Below, one piece after another: positions 1 through 11,071 of a DNA stretch of 64,000 nucleotides. The position numbers were made by a program, and so were the translations under genes. The notes beneath the pieces are model-generated. The model was not told the DNA's origin, made no database searches, and worked only from the letters and a program-made list of their open reading frames with translations. Every line of letters starts with the position of its first letter. Within the stretch, counting starts at the first letter, position 1. Origin of the DNA: Chiloscyllium plagiosum (lineage: Eukaryota); contig NC_057719.1 of assembly GCF_004010195.1 (NCBI RefSeq), positions 2,017,280-2,081,279 of the forward strand. Direction: 5' to 3'.

Positions 1-126
1 GAGTGTGTGTGTCTGTCAGTGTGGGTGTGAGAGTGTGTGTGAGTGTGTGTGTGAGTGTGTGTGTGATTGTGTGAGTGAGTGTGTGTGTGAGTGTGTGTGA
101 GTGATTGTGTGTGAGTGAGTGTGTGT
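1..126. repeat. (GT)n/(GA)n compound microsatellite
   Basis: Directly visible. Confidence 0.95.
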
Positions 127-644
127 TTTGAGGACTTGTTATTAATGGTGGTATTTATTTTGCCAGTTATGTGGTAGTAAATCAGCCAGCTGTCTGCACT
201 TCCTTCAACAATGATTTACAGAGTTTGTCATTTTTTCCAATACAAGGTAATCCATTCTTGTTTCACACCTAAATTGTGTCCCATCACCTCCCTGCCTGCA
301 GATTTACACAGGCTCCTGGTCAATGCAAGCTTCTAAGTTACACTCCTCATGTTTAAATCCCTCCAAAACCTCACCCATTTCATACCCCAGTCAATACTGC
401 TCATACCTCCAGGATTCCTGCCACATCCAATCGGGAATGGTGGTGGACAATTACACACCTCACTGGTGGGGGAGGAGGCTCCACAAATATCCCCCTCCTC
501 AATGATGGAGGAGCCCAGTACATCAGTGCAGTAGATAAGGCTGAAGCTTTCACAGCAATCTTCAGTCAGAAGTGCTGAGTGGATGATTCTTCTTAGCACC
601 ATGGTGTGGGGGTGCAGTGTCGGACTGGAATGGGCAAAATCGGA

Positions 645-727
645 AGTCACACAACATCAGGTGACGAAGGAGCAGCACTCCGAAAACTTGTGATTTTAAA
701 TAAACCTGTTGGACTATAACCTGGTGA
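645..727 (+). mobile_element. Penelope-type short element, family B, with a degenerate hammerhead
   Basis: gtgacgaaggagcagcactccgaaaacttgtg...aataaacctgttggactataac; same family as the copies at 11.0, 37.1 and 52.8 kb; core mutated. Confidence 0.65.
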
Positions 728-959
728 CTCCTGAAGAAGTCTGAGTGTCACAGATGGATCTTTAACCAATTTGATTCACTCCTTGTGATCCAAGGAAAGA
801 GTGGAGGGCTCTGGGTAGTGCAAAGACAGTGGGCCCAGACAACAGCCCAGCGAATACCCCAGAATGAGCCACGGCCCTAAGTCTGGCTGTTCCGTCTTCA
901 ACGGCTTTAGTTCCTTTAATTTCATCACAGGGTTCGCTGAGGATTGCAGTGTTCAGAGG

Positions 960-1627
960 CATTCACAACTCCTCAGATGCTGAAGCAGTCCATGTTCAAA
1001 TATCCAGGCTTGGGCTGAAGAATGGAAAATAACATCCATTCCACACAAATGCCAGGCAATGACCACCTCCAAGAAGAGACAATTTAACCACTGCCACTTC
1101 ATATTCACTGAATTCCCCCATCAACATCCTGAGGGTTAGCATTGACCAAAAACTCAATTGGACTTGTCACATAAACACCGTGCCCACAAGAGCAGGTCAG
1201 AGGTTAGGAATACTGCGGTGGGTAACTCACCTCCTGACCCCCCCAAAGCCTGTCCATCATCTACAAGGCACAAGTCAGGAGTGTGATGGAATACTCCCGA
1301 CTTGCCTGGATGGGGGCAGCTCCAACAACACTCAAGAAGCTCGACACCATCCAGGACAAAGCAGCCGCTTGATTGGCCCCACATCCACAAACACCCCCTC
1401 CCTCCCCCACCGACGCTCAGTCGCAGCAGTGTGGACCATCTACAAGATGCACTGCAGACACTCACCAAAGACCCTCAGACAGCACCTTCCAAACCCATGG
1501 CCATTCCATCTGGAAGGACAAGGGCAGCAGATACATGGGAACACCACGCCCTGCAAGTTCCCCTCCGTGACCCTCACCATCCTGACTTGGAAATATATCG
1601 CCGTTCCTTCAGTGTCACTGGGACAAA
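960..1627 (+). mobile_element. L2/CR1-group LINE 3' fragment
   Basis: Near-identical to copies at 6910-7420 and 21480-22470; frameshifted RT C-terminal coding (RAGQRLGILR..HLL). Confidence 0.8.
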
Positions 1628-1805
1628 TACCAATTAATTCCAATCTCTGTGCTGTTTCCTTTTTTTTGGACTTGAAGTATTTATCTTGTTCTTTTTTGGA
1701 AGTTACTAATGAATCTGTGTCCTCTGCCATTTTGTTGTGTAAATGTGTTTCTCATGTCATCTCTGATTCTTTCAGTATTTCAGTTCAACCTGTGTCCCTC
1801 ACTTA

Positions 1806-2505
1806 TCTTATGAAGATGCGGGTGAACTATACTTCTTAAGAGAATTAAAAGCTAGCAGTGACAGCACCAAGTGTTCTCAATAAGACACAATGTGACATGT
1901 GCTCCAGCTACTGGGGTAGCTGGTTGCCTGGAAATGACAAAGCAGATTTGAATTAGGCCAATCAGTTTAAATTTGCCCTGAAAAATACCGAATTCCAATC
2001 TAGTTTGAATTGAGTATATTGCCAATTTTAAAAGCCAATGATGCTCTGGGGGTATAAGACCTGGGAAAATTGAGCAGTTAAGAGGAGAACTGTCAAGCCA
2101 CCAGCTTGTAAAAAGACTGCCTGAAAAATAGCTCTCTTAAAGGTACCTTTATCAATCAGTAACCTGTGAAGCAGAAATTCCTAAGAAGAAGAAAAGACAC
2201 AGGAAGATCCAAATAGAAGATCTGAAAGCTGCCTGGTTTCGAGATGAGAAGTTTTATTTTGTAAATCTCAGTTGGGAGTTTTATCAAACTAGTATTATAA
2301 AAGGGAAGATCAAGGATAGGTTAGAGGAAGGACTTGTACTAGTTGTGAGTTAATTATTCTCTGTTATACTTTAAGAAAATAAAGTTAATTTTTACTTTAA
2401 ATAGTTCTTGGCCACTCAGTTTTTTTACAGATTACTGCACGGGATAAATCTTTTCTGTGTTGCTGGTTTTAAATTAAACAGGAGAGTTTGTTCCGTGTTG
2501 TAACA
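1806..2505 (+). mobile_element. Solo LTR (Gypsy/ERV-like), about 700 bp
   Basis: Ends ...TGTAACA and begins T(C)TTATGA (probably a degenerate TGTTA). Contains CCAAT boxes (~1959, ~2034), TATAAG (~2053) and AATAAA (~2378). Flanks ctta/ccta resemble a 4-bp TSD. Confidence 0.65.
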
Positions 2506-3129
2506 CCTATTAACACTCCTGCCTGGGGAAACCATTCCTGTTCATTTACTCAAACAGTGCCATGATATTGATACCCCTGGCTGTGGGGGCTGCTCCTCTC
2601 TATTTGCTGTATCCCTGCATTCTATTTGGATCTGTCACTGGCCAGGCTGGGATTTATTGTCTGTTGACTAAGGGTCCTGATGACTGAAAGTACTTTTGCA
2701 TCAACCCACGCTGATTTGGGACTGGAGCCGTATGCTGACTAAGAATGGGAGATTTCTTTTCTAAAAGGACATTAATGAACCTCATGACAACAGCACAGCA
2801 GTTTTCTGTTCACTTTTACTAACATGAGGTTTAAAGCAGGGAATGCCAGGAATTTCTGCTTCATTCAGAATGAACAGGATTCAGACTGGACTACCATGTT
2901 CATTCTTGAAATGTTATTATTTGGGTCATGGGACATCGCTGGCTGGTCCAGCATTTATCGCCTGTCCCTAATTTCCCCCTTGAGAAGGTGGGGGTGAGCT
3001 GCCTTCTTGAACCGCTGCAGTCCATGTGCTGTGGGTTGACCCACAATGCCCTGAGGGAGGGAATTCCAGGATTAATGACTGAGCAACAATGAAGTAACTG
3101 GGATAAAGGTAGAGTCACCATAATCCAAC

Positions 3130-3297
3130 TCTGTCATTAGCCTGAGGTTCACCACACCTCAGTTGAGGGGCGAGCTTGAGGAAGAGAGTCTCTCTTGGAA
3201 TGGTAGCCTCAGCTGGTGCCAGAATTGTACTCATGCTGGTGGCGTCATTTGGGCACTGCAGACTAACTGACCAGTCAACTGAGCTACCCAACCCCCT
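3130..3297 (-). mobile_element. Degenerate tRNA-derived SINE
   Basis: Minus strand begins GGGGTTGGGTAGCTCAGTTGACTGG (A-box-like), followed by a decayed B-box region. Confidence 0.45.
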
Positions 3298-4429
3298 CCA
3301 TGTCTGTCACAACCTCAGCAAGTTCCAACGCAGCTTCTCTACTCAATGCACTGACCAGTGAAGGTGTTCTCTCATCTCTCTCATCTCTCTCTCTCTGACT
3401 GGACTTCAGCGTAGCTGGTACTGTCCTGGGCAGGTTCCAGGTTGATCTCAGTCTCCTGTCCACTCTGTAGCAGTGATACTCTCCAGGAAGCGATCCAGCC
3501 TGCGGATATTTGACATCTCCATCCTTACCATGGCACTGTTCTCTTGGCTGAGTTTGCTCTCTCACAGTGAATATTGTTGCTTCATAACGAGAGACAGTGC
3601 TGTGGTGTGGTAACGTCGCTGGGTTAGCAATCTCAAATCCTAGCCTAACGTGCTCTGGGACATGGGGCAGATGGTGAAATTTGAATTCAATAAAAATTCA
3701 GAATGCAAGTTATTGTAATGACAACCATGTGCTTGCTACCAAAGGAGACCATTCTGTCATCCAATGAGTTCATGGCAGATGTGCCCATCCTAACCCCCCT
3801 TTCCTGCCTTTTCTCCTACAGCAGATGAAGGGAGCACATGCCCATGGTATTGAAGAGTACGATTGTATTTCTCTGAACTGACTTGCTGGGGTTCCCAGAG
3901 ATGATGATGCCATTGGTGGACTCAGAGCTGATATTCTAAATGTTTCTCTGGAGAAAGACATTGGGAAAAGCGAGAATTCCCGATCCTGGCCCTGGCTCGA
4001 TAACGATGCCTGCCTGAGGTACACCCACTGGCCTCTTCATTGAAAGCTGCTTTCTTTCACAGAAAGTCCCAGAACAATGAAAATCTGTTATTTGAGGAAA
4101 AATTCATAAATTTCGTTGTAGTGAGCAGCGAAACATGTAGGAAAACAGTTCAGTTTCCTGCCAACATAAATAGTCCCCACACAATAACAGTTGGTGCACT
4201 GGGAGCTTACAGGCTCTTATCAGTCAATTCCACGAGGTCGATTGACTCCAGTTTATTCAATGCGTCTACAAGCTGCCTGTTCCCTGAGAAACAACAAGGC
4301 TGCCCATGTATACGTGACTTTTCCTGTTATCGAATCTGGTATTCTCTGGGAGCTGTGGCCCATTGGATGGAGCTTGCCTACCTTCCTGACCACAGGAGAA
4401 AACCTAACCCAGCGATCTATCCTGCGCTG

Positions 4430-4590
4430 TCAGAGGGGCCCATTTCCCAGATGCCATGCTAAAGCACGACATCACGAGTGAAATTAAGGGCGTTATTTTG
4501 AAGAAGTGTAGGATGGTTTTCCTCGATGTGCTGGCCAATCCATTTCTCTAGGTCAACATCACAAGAACGCAGATTATACAGCCACAGATT
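4430..4590 (+). mobile_element. DeuSINE (SacSINE1-like) remnant
   Basis: ttttgaagaagtgtagga...gtgctggccaat...tcaacatcac resembles the Deu domain as I recall it. Confidence 0.45.
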
Positions 4591-4859
4591 CAGAGAGATC
4601 TACCATGTGGAAAAAGACCCTTCAGCCCATTGTGTCCATGCTGGTCAGAAACAACCAGCCAACTATTCCAAAATAAAGCAAAGAATTGCGGATGTGGGAG
4701 ATCTGAAACAAAACAGAATTGTTGGAGGAACTCAGCATCTGTGGAGAGAGGAACAGTTCTGAAGAAGGGTCACTGGACCCATTAACTTTGTTTCTTTCTC
4801 CACAGGTGCTGCCAGACCTGCTGAGTTTCTCCAGCAATGTCTGTATTTTGTTTGTTACC

Positions 4860-5077
4860 TAACTGTTCCAATCCCATTTCCCAGCACTTGGTTCAGTACA
4901 GAAAGAGACCCTTCGGCCCATCCAGCCTGTGCCAGTCAATAACAACCCCATAACTGTTCCAATCCCATTTCCCAGCACTTGGTTCAGCACAGAAAGAGAC
5001 CTTTCGGCCCATCCAGCCTGTGCCAGTCAATAACAACTCCCTAACTGTTCCAATCCCATTTCCCAGCACTTGGTTCA
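4860..5077. repeat. 91-bp tandem repeat, about 2.4 copies, within a LINE tail
   Basis: taactgttccaatcccatttcccagcacttggttcag recurs at ~4860, ~4951 and ~5042. Confidence 0.9.
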
Positions 5078-5384
5078 GAGGCTTGAAAACCTTGGAGTCA
5101 CAAGTGCACAACTAAACACACTTCCTCGATGTTCTGAGGGTTCCTACTCCTCCCACCCTCACGGGCAGTGAGTTCCAGATCCCCCACCACCCTCTGGGTG
5201 ACAGAGAATTTCCTCAACTTCCCCTTGTCCCTCACCTTCAATCTCTGCCCCCGGTCACTGAGGACTCCATCAAAGGGGGATATTTCTTCCTGTTTATCTA
5301 TACCCCTCAGTCACTACCTGCTTAGCTGTTTGTTGATGTTTTTGTGTACAGACAGCGAGAAAACAATAACAATTGGAATCACAG

Positions 5385-5788
5385 GTAGATAGGATAGTGA
5401 AGAAGGTGTTTGGTATGCTTTCCTTTATTGGTCAGAGCATTGAGTACAGGGGTTGGAAGGTCATGTTATGGCTGTACAGGACATTGGTTAGGCCACAGTT
5501 GGAATATTGCGTGCAATTCTGGTCTCCTTCCTAAAGAGACCTGAGGGGCAACGTTTTCATGCAGAGGGTAGTACGGGTATGGAATGAGCTGCCAGAGGAA
5601 GTGGTGGAGGCTGGTATAATTGCAACATTTAAGAGGTATTTGGATGGGTATATGAATAGGAAGGGTTTGGAGGGATATGGGCCGGGTGCTGGCAGGTGGG
5701 ACTAGATTGGGTTGGGATATCTGGTCAGCATGGACGGGTCAGACCAAAGGGTCTGTTACCGTGATGTACATCTCTATGACTCTATGAT
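5385..5788 (+). mobile_element. CR1 LINE 3' end (internally deleted)
   Basis: RT C-terminal coding (LVRPQLEYCVQFWSP), 3' UTR and (ctctatga) tail. Confidence 0.85.
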
Positions 5789-6119
5789 TGCACTGACAAG
5801 ACTAGATTGGCTTTGTGATGTCCTGAGGATGGGAATGGCCCTGACAACATTCCAGCAATAGTGCTGAAGACTTGTGTTCCAGAACTTGCCACTCCCCTAG
5901 CCAAGCTGTTCCAGTACAGTTACACTGGCATCTACCTGAGAATGTGCAACAGGCCTGCCCTGTACATAAAAAGCAGGGCAAATCCAACCCAGCCAATTAC
6001 TGCCCCATTGTAACACCGTTACAAACACGAACAGCAGCAGTCTGTTGGGACCCTCTAGGCTGCTCTACCAATGTAAAGGATCAGGACTCATCCAACATTC
6101 CTCATGTCCATGTTCCTGC

Positions 6120-6785
6120 CCTTTCCGTGTAATCCTCCACTCTCTGACTGATCAAGAGTCTATCAATCTCAATCTTAAATATATACAAGGAGTCTGCTCC
6201 ACCCAGCTTTCTGTGGTAAGGAGTTCCAAAGACTCTCAACCCTCTGAGAGAGGAAATTGGTGCCCCTTTATTCTGAGAGTGTGCCCTCTGGTCCTAGACT
6301 CTCTCATGAGGGGGAACATCCCTCTCAGCATTGACCCTGTCAAAGCCCCTTAAGAATCCAATAAACCTCAATGAGGTCGCCTCTCAATCTTCCCAACTCC
6401 GGTGAGTAAAGTCCCAACCTGTTTAGCCTTTGCCCATAAGACAATCCCTCCATCCCAGTGATCATCCTCCAAAACCTTCTCTGAACTGCCCCCAATAAAG
6501 GCCAACGTTCCATTGGCCTTCCTGATTCCCTGCTGTACCTGTGTGCTAGCTTTCTGTGTTTCATTTACAACTTCCCCCTACGGCCCACTGTGTTGCAGCT
6601 TTCTGCAGTTTTTCTTCATTTAAATAATATTGTTCTTTTATTCTCTGTTCCAACATGAATGACTTGACATTTTCCCCATTTTTGCCAACTTTGTGCCCAC
6701 TTCCTTAAACTATTGATATCTCTCTCTGAAATGTTTGTATCCCTCTTGCAACTTGTTATTCCAGGTGTTTTAGTGCCATCAATCT
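6120..6785 (-). mobile_element. CR1 LINE 3' fragment
   Basis: Minus ORF AVQRRFWRMITGMEGLSYGQRLNRLGLYS...RLRGDLIEVY. Confidence 0.8.
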
Positions 6786-6909
6786 ACTCAACCTCACCAC
6801 GTGGGACAGTCAGGGTCCAAAGCCGGGGTCAGTGTTGTGAACGTCCTCCTGAACGATGTTATTAAGCAGCACTTGGTTGGCAAAAACCCGCTCACTGACA
6901 ATTCAGTTT

Positions 6910-7420
6910 GAGTGTGATGGAATACTCCCCACTTGCCCTGGATGGGGACAGCTCCAACATCACTCAAGGAGCTTGACACCATCCAGGACAAGGCAGCCGC
7001 TTGATTGGCCCCACATCCACAAACACCCACTCCCTCCACCACCGGCGCTCAGTAGCAGCAGTGTGTACCATCTACAAGATGCCCTGCAGGAATTCAACAA
7101 AGACCCTCAGGCAGCACCTTCCAAACCCACAGCCACTTCCATCTAGAAGGACAAGGGCAGCAGATACATGGGAACACCACCCCCTGCAAGTTCCCTCTGA
7201 GCCCCTCACCATTCTGGCTTGGAAATATATCACCATTCCTTCACAGTCACTGGGACAAAATCCTGGAATTCCGTCCTTCGGGGCATTTTGGGTCAACCTA
7301 CAGCACACGGACTGCAGCGGGTCAAGAAGGCAGCTCACACCCACCTTCTCAAGGGGCAACTAGGGACGGGCAATAAATGCTGGGCCCAGCCAGCGATGTC
7401 CATGTCCTATCAGTGAATAA
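6910..7420 (+). mobile_element. L2/CR1-group LINE 3' end
   Basis: Same family as 960-1627 and 21480-22470; ends ggcaataaatgctgggcc...gaataaaa. Confidence 0.8.
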
Positions 7421-7615
7421 AACCAGTGATTGTTGATTCAGTTCCCACTGTCCGACCAGCCACTTGCTCCTGATTCAAACTCCATGTGTCTATTACATAT
7501 TTTTGCAGATTTCTGTCTAAGATCTTTTGCCAGTTACCTTATGTGTGTAATTGTTGTCTCCTGTTAGAATCCTTGCCTCTGGAGCTAACAAAGGCATAAC
7601 TGATAGAGTCCGTCA

Positions 7616-8115
7616 NNNNNNNNNNNNNNNNNNNNNNNNNNNNNNNNNNNNNNNNNNNNNNNNNNNNNNNNNNNNNNNNNNNNNNNNNNNNNNNNNNNNN
7701 NNNNNNNNNNNNNNNNNNNNNNNNNNNNNNNNNNNNNNNNNNNNNNNNNNNNNNNNNNNNNNNNNNNNNNNNNNNNNNNNNNNNNNNNNNNNNNNNNNNN
7801 NNNNNNNNNNNNNNNNNNNNNNNNNNNNNNNNNNNNNNNNNNNNNNNNNNNNNNNNNNNNNNNNNNNNNNNNNNNNNNNNNNNNNNNNNNNNNNNNNNNN
7901 NNNNNNNNNNNNNNNNNNNNNNNNNNNNNNNNNNNNNNNNNNNNNNNNNNNNNNNNNNNNNNNNNNNNNNNNNNNNNNNNNNNNNNNNNNNNNNNNNNNN
8001 NNNNNNNNNNNNNNNNNNNNNNNNNNNNNNNNNNNNNNNNNNNNNNNNNNNNNNNNNNNNNNNNNNNNNNNNNNNNNNNNNNNNNNNNNNNNNNNNNNNN
8101 NNNNNNNNNNNNNNN
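7616..8115. other. Assembly gap (500 N) in Jagged intron 2
   Basis: N run. Confidence 1.
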
Positions 8116-8262
8116 TTCACCAGGGGGGGGTAAGCTTTTAATTTTAAAATCCCCGTTGGGTGGGAGGGAGCTAATTCCGCATTCCCTGCTCCTCTCCCCC
8201 CGCAGTGCAAGGTTACTGGAAGGTTTTTTTAGGATCAATAACATGCAATTCAGCTAAAGCCA

Positions 8263-8340
8263 GACAGAGAGAGAGAGAGACAGACGGACAGAGAGAGAGA
8301 GAGAGAGAGACACAGACAGAGAGAGAGAGACAGAGAGACA
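8263..8340. repeat. (GA)n/(GACA)n microsatellite
   Basis: Directly visible. Confidence 0.9.
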
Positions 8341-8641
8341 GCTGTGTTGGAGGGTAATTGTTTGGAATGGTGCTTTGAATGTCTTTTATTTTGGTGGGAT
8401 TGAGAAAGGAGTTCCCTGTTTTTAAGGAATATAAGAGGGGGATTATTCACCCCAATGAGTACGTTTTATTTCTGGAGGGGTCAGTTTAAATTCTTTCCCC
8501 CACCCCCATCAGCAATTCGTGAAATGGATCTCTCTCACCCAATGCAACGTTTAAAAGTCACTTAGAGAAAAACAGAAATCGCCTGGTCAGGATTGTGGAG
8601 AGAAGTGAGAAGGTCGGCTGGAGTGGAACAAAGTCACTTAC

Positions 8642-8941
8642 CGGCCAGGCAAATAGGAAGGGGATAACAATGCTCCCTGCTGTGTTTTTATCCGGGAGGG
8701 AGAAGGTGTTTTTGCCCAGGACAGGGGTTGATCCACTGCCGAAAGTGCAGGCTCCTGTGGTGGTAATGCGGGCTTGGTACTCCTTCAGGCAGAGTCTAAA
8801 ATAGGTATCACACTCGTCCCGAGTGCATTTTCGATCCAGAGGATTCCGAGATCCATCACAACAATCCCCGTTCTCCAACTCGCCGTTAACGTTCTGCACC
8901 GAGTCAAACCTGACCTGGAAATAGCCCGTTGCAAAAGACGC
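8642..8941 (-). CDS. jag2: Jagged gene, exon 2 (N-terminal MNNL/C2 domain of Notch ligand), JAG2-like
   Basis: Translates to [100 protein letters not shown]. The NVNGEL, CC, DECDTYF.CLKEYQ and PF.FAWP motifs are diagnostic of Jagged/Serrate. Acceptor is a pyrimidine tract plus TTGCAG| at 8942; donor is CCG|GTAAGT at 8641; 300 nt, phase 0-0. Family call is firm; JAG2 versus another paralogue is less so. Confidence 0.95.
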
Positions 8942-9108
8942 CTGCAAATAAAGAGAAGGGACACACAAACAGAATATAAACCCAAATGCAAAGAGAAGAA
9001 AAGCAACACATTGAGGAAAGACAGTGATGCACACCCCGGAGAGAGAGAGAGAAAACGAAAATATAAATCAGAAATGCAATGCCTGATGTGGATTATTTTA
9101 TTGCATAC
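8942..9108 (-). other. Jagged intron 1 (GT-AG, 167 bp)
   Basis: Starts GTATGC and ends ...CTCTTTATTTGCAG on the minus strand. Confidence 0.85.
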
Positions 9109-9177
9109 CTGAATGCAGAAAGTTGACAGCACCGCACCTACAACCATAAGGTGATAGATCCCTTTAAAATCCAGCAT
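9109..9177 (-). CDS. jag2: Jagged gene, first coding exon (signal peptide MLDFKGIYHLMVVGAVLSTFCIQ)
   Basis: ATG at 9177 (GAAGGC-ATG, purine at -3), then 23 codons with a hydrophobic stretch, ending CAG|GTATGC (donor at 9108). Phase 0 joins in frame to the MNNL exon across a 167-bp intron. Jagged genes begin with a short signal-peptide exon and short intron 1. Which Jagged paralogue this is remains uncertain. Confidence 0.85.
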
Positions 9178-9645
9178 GCCTTCGCTCTTCTCGTTGCTAG
9201 CCTTTTCAATAAATCTTCCACCAGCAACTGTAGGATTCACACTAGCTGTTCTTTTCCTTCCTTTTGCAATGCAACGACTCCAAAGGACTAAGGTTACATT
9301 TGTGTGGTCTATTTTTCCTGCCTTTTCCCCTTACCTACAATGGGTTTTCTTTTGATATAGTAAAAGGCAAAATGAGTGTGTTATGTGTGTAGGGCTGTCT
9401 TGGTGTAAGTGCTGGCTGTGTCTGAGAAAGGGGTGGGATATGGGTGGGAGCAGAATATCACAAGCAATAGGACTGACTGAGTCTCTCCCTCTCCCTCTCT
9501 CTCTCTCTCTCAGCTCCTGGGAGAGGGCACAGCTCTTGTTGCACTGACTGAGGGAAATATCATTGGAGTCTTTGACTGAGGGGGCGAGGCAGCAGCTTTT
9601 AGGGAATTAAAGTGGGGTTAAAGAAGGGATGGGGGGATTAAAGTG

Positions 9646-10574
9646 NNNNNNNNNNNNNNNNNNNNNNNNNNNNNNNNNNNNNNNNNNNNNNNNNNNNNNN
9701 NNNNNNNNNNNNNNNNNNNNNNNNNNNNNNNNNNNNNNNNNNNNNNNNNNNNNNNNNNNNNNNNNNNNNNNNNNNNNNNNNNNNNNNNNNNNNNNNNNNN
9801 NNNNNNNNNNNNNNNNNNNNNNNNNNNNNNNNNNNNNNNNNNNNNNNNNNNNNNNNNNNNNNNNNNNNNNNNNNNNNNNNNNNNNNNNNNNNNNNNNNNN
9901 NNNNNNNNNNNNNNNNNNNNNNNNNNNNNNNNNNNNNNNNNNNNNNNNNNNNNNNNNNNNNNNNNNNNNNNNNNNNNNNNNNNNNNNNNNNNNNNNNNNN
10001 NNNNNNNNNNNNNNNNNNNNNNNNNNNNNNNNNNNNNNNNNNNNNNNNNNNNNNNNNNNNNNNNNNNNNNNNNNNNNNNNNNNNNNNNNNNNNNNNNNNN
10101 NNNNNNNNNNNNNNNNNNNNNNNNNNNNNNNNNNNNNNNNNNNNNNNNNNNNNNNNNNNNNNNNNNNNNNNNNNNNNNNNNNNNNNNNNNNNNNNNNNNN
10201 NNNNNNNNNNNNNNNNNNNNNNNNNNNNNNNNNNNNNNNNNNNNNNNNNNNNNNNNNNNNNNNNNNNNNNNNNNNNNNNNNNNNNNNNNNNNNNNNNNNN
10301 NNNNNNNNNNNNNNNNNNNNNNNNNNNNNNNNNNNNNNNNNNNNNNNNNNNNNNNNNNNNNNNNNNNNNNNNNNNNNNNNNNNNNNNNNNNNNNNNNNNN
10401 NNNNNNNNNNNNNNNNNNNNNNNNNNNNNNNNNNNNNNNNNNNNNNNNNNNNNNNNNNNNNNNNNNNNNNNNNNNNNNNNNNNNNNNNNNNNNNNNNNNN
10501 NNNNNNNNNNNNNNNNNNNNNNNNNNNNNNNNNNNNNNNNNNNNNNNNNNNNNNNNNNNNNNNNNNNNNNNNNN
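9646..10574. other. Assembly gap between the Jagged ATG exon and the CpG promoter candidate
   Basis: N run flanked by G-rich sequence. Confidence 1.
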
Positions 10575-10880
10575 GTCTCTGAGGGAGTGTGTCTGGGGGA
10601 GGGGGGTCTCTGAGGGGGGTGTCCGGGAGGGGGCGATCTGAGTCCGCGCCACCAGCCCACCCCCTGCTGCCCGCAAAAGCCAATCGGTGACCGGCTCGAG
10701 GCCGGCCAATGGGAGAGGCGCTCCTCCGACCAGGTCAGCCAATCAGCGCCCTCGGACCGCACCTCTCCACCAATCAGAAGCCGGTGTCCTGCGCGTGCGC
10801 ACTTCTGCAGTGTGAGCCTGTCTGGGATGTGTTCAAAGGCAGAAGCAATGGGTGCTGTTTGGGGGGAGTCTCTGATTGGA
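10575..10880. promoter_or_regulatory. CpG-rich promoter candidate with tandem CCAAT (NF-Y) boxes and an NRF1-like site
   Basis: The densest CpG segment of the window. CCAAT at 10680, 10706, 10739 and 10770; ATTGG at 10875; TGCGCGTGCGCA at 10790-10801 (one mismatch to the NRF1 consensus TGCGCATGCGCA). Lies about 1.4 kb upstream of the Jagged ATG, next to a gap. Confidence 0.7.
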
Positions 10881-10927
10881 GCCCTCTGCTTCCAGCAGCT
10901 TTTAAAGTTTGCAAACAGGACTCAGAC

Positions 10928-11013
10928 TTAAAAATGACACTGCACCAGGTTATAAAGTTAAAAATGACACTGCACCAGGTTATAAAGTTAAAAATGACAC
11001 TGCACCAGGTTAT
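10928..11013. repeat. 30-bp tandem repeat, 3 copies, at the end of a Penelope-type element
   Basis: ttaaaaatgacactgcaccaggttat(aaag) three times. Confidence 0.9.
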
Positions 11014-11036
11014 GATCCAACAGGTTTATTTGGAAA

Positions 11037-11071
11037 CACTAGCTTTCAGAGCACTGCTCCTTCATCAGGTG
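11037..11071 (-). ncRNA. Minimal hammerhead ribozyme motif (family B)
   Basis: Minus strand: CAC-CUGAUGA-A-GGAGC-AGU-GCUCU-GAAA-GC-UA-GUG. Stem I is CAC/GUG, stem II closes with G-U, stem III is the palindrome AGCU. Confidence 0.65.

Noticed and set aside
1180..1839. 219-aa ORF
   Set aside because: Frameshifted LINE 3' sequence read through into flanking DNA.
4040..4481. 140-aa and 96-aa plus-strand ORFs in intron 2
   Set aside because: No recognisable domain, non-ATG starts, and the 3' end runs into a SINE remnant.
1..8641. Jagged exon 3 (RS(Y/F)TL.VEAWD) and the DSL exon
   Set aside because: Not found by eye on the minus strand; probably beyond the left edge or in the 7616-8115 gap.
8942..9034. 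Hydrophobic N-terminus [17 protein letters not shown] as the Jagged signal peptide
   Set aside because: It is translated intron sequence upstream of a strong acceptor, and it does not start at an ATG.
7539..10762. Long ORFs in the track containing X runs (also at 27, 35.4, 46 and 55.5 kb)
   Set aside because: Artefacts of N gaps.
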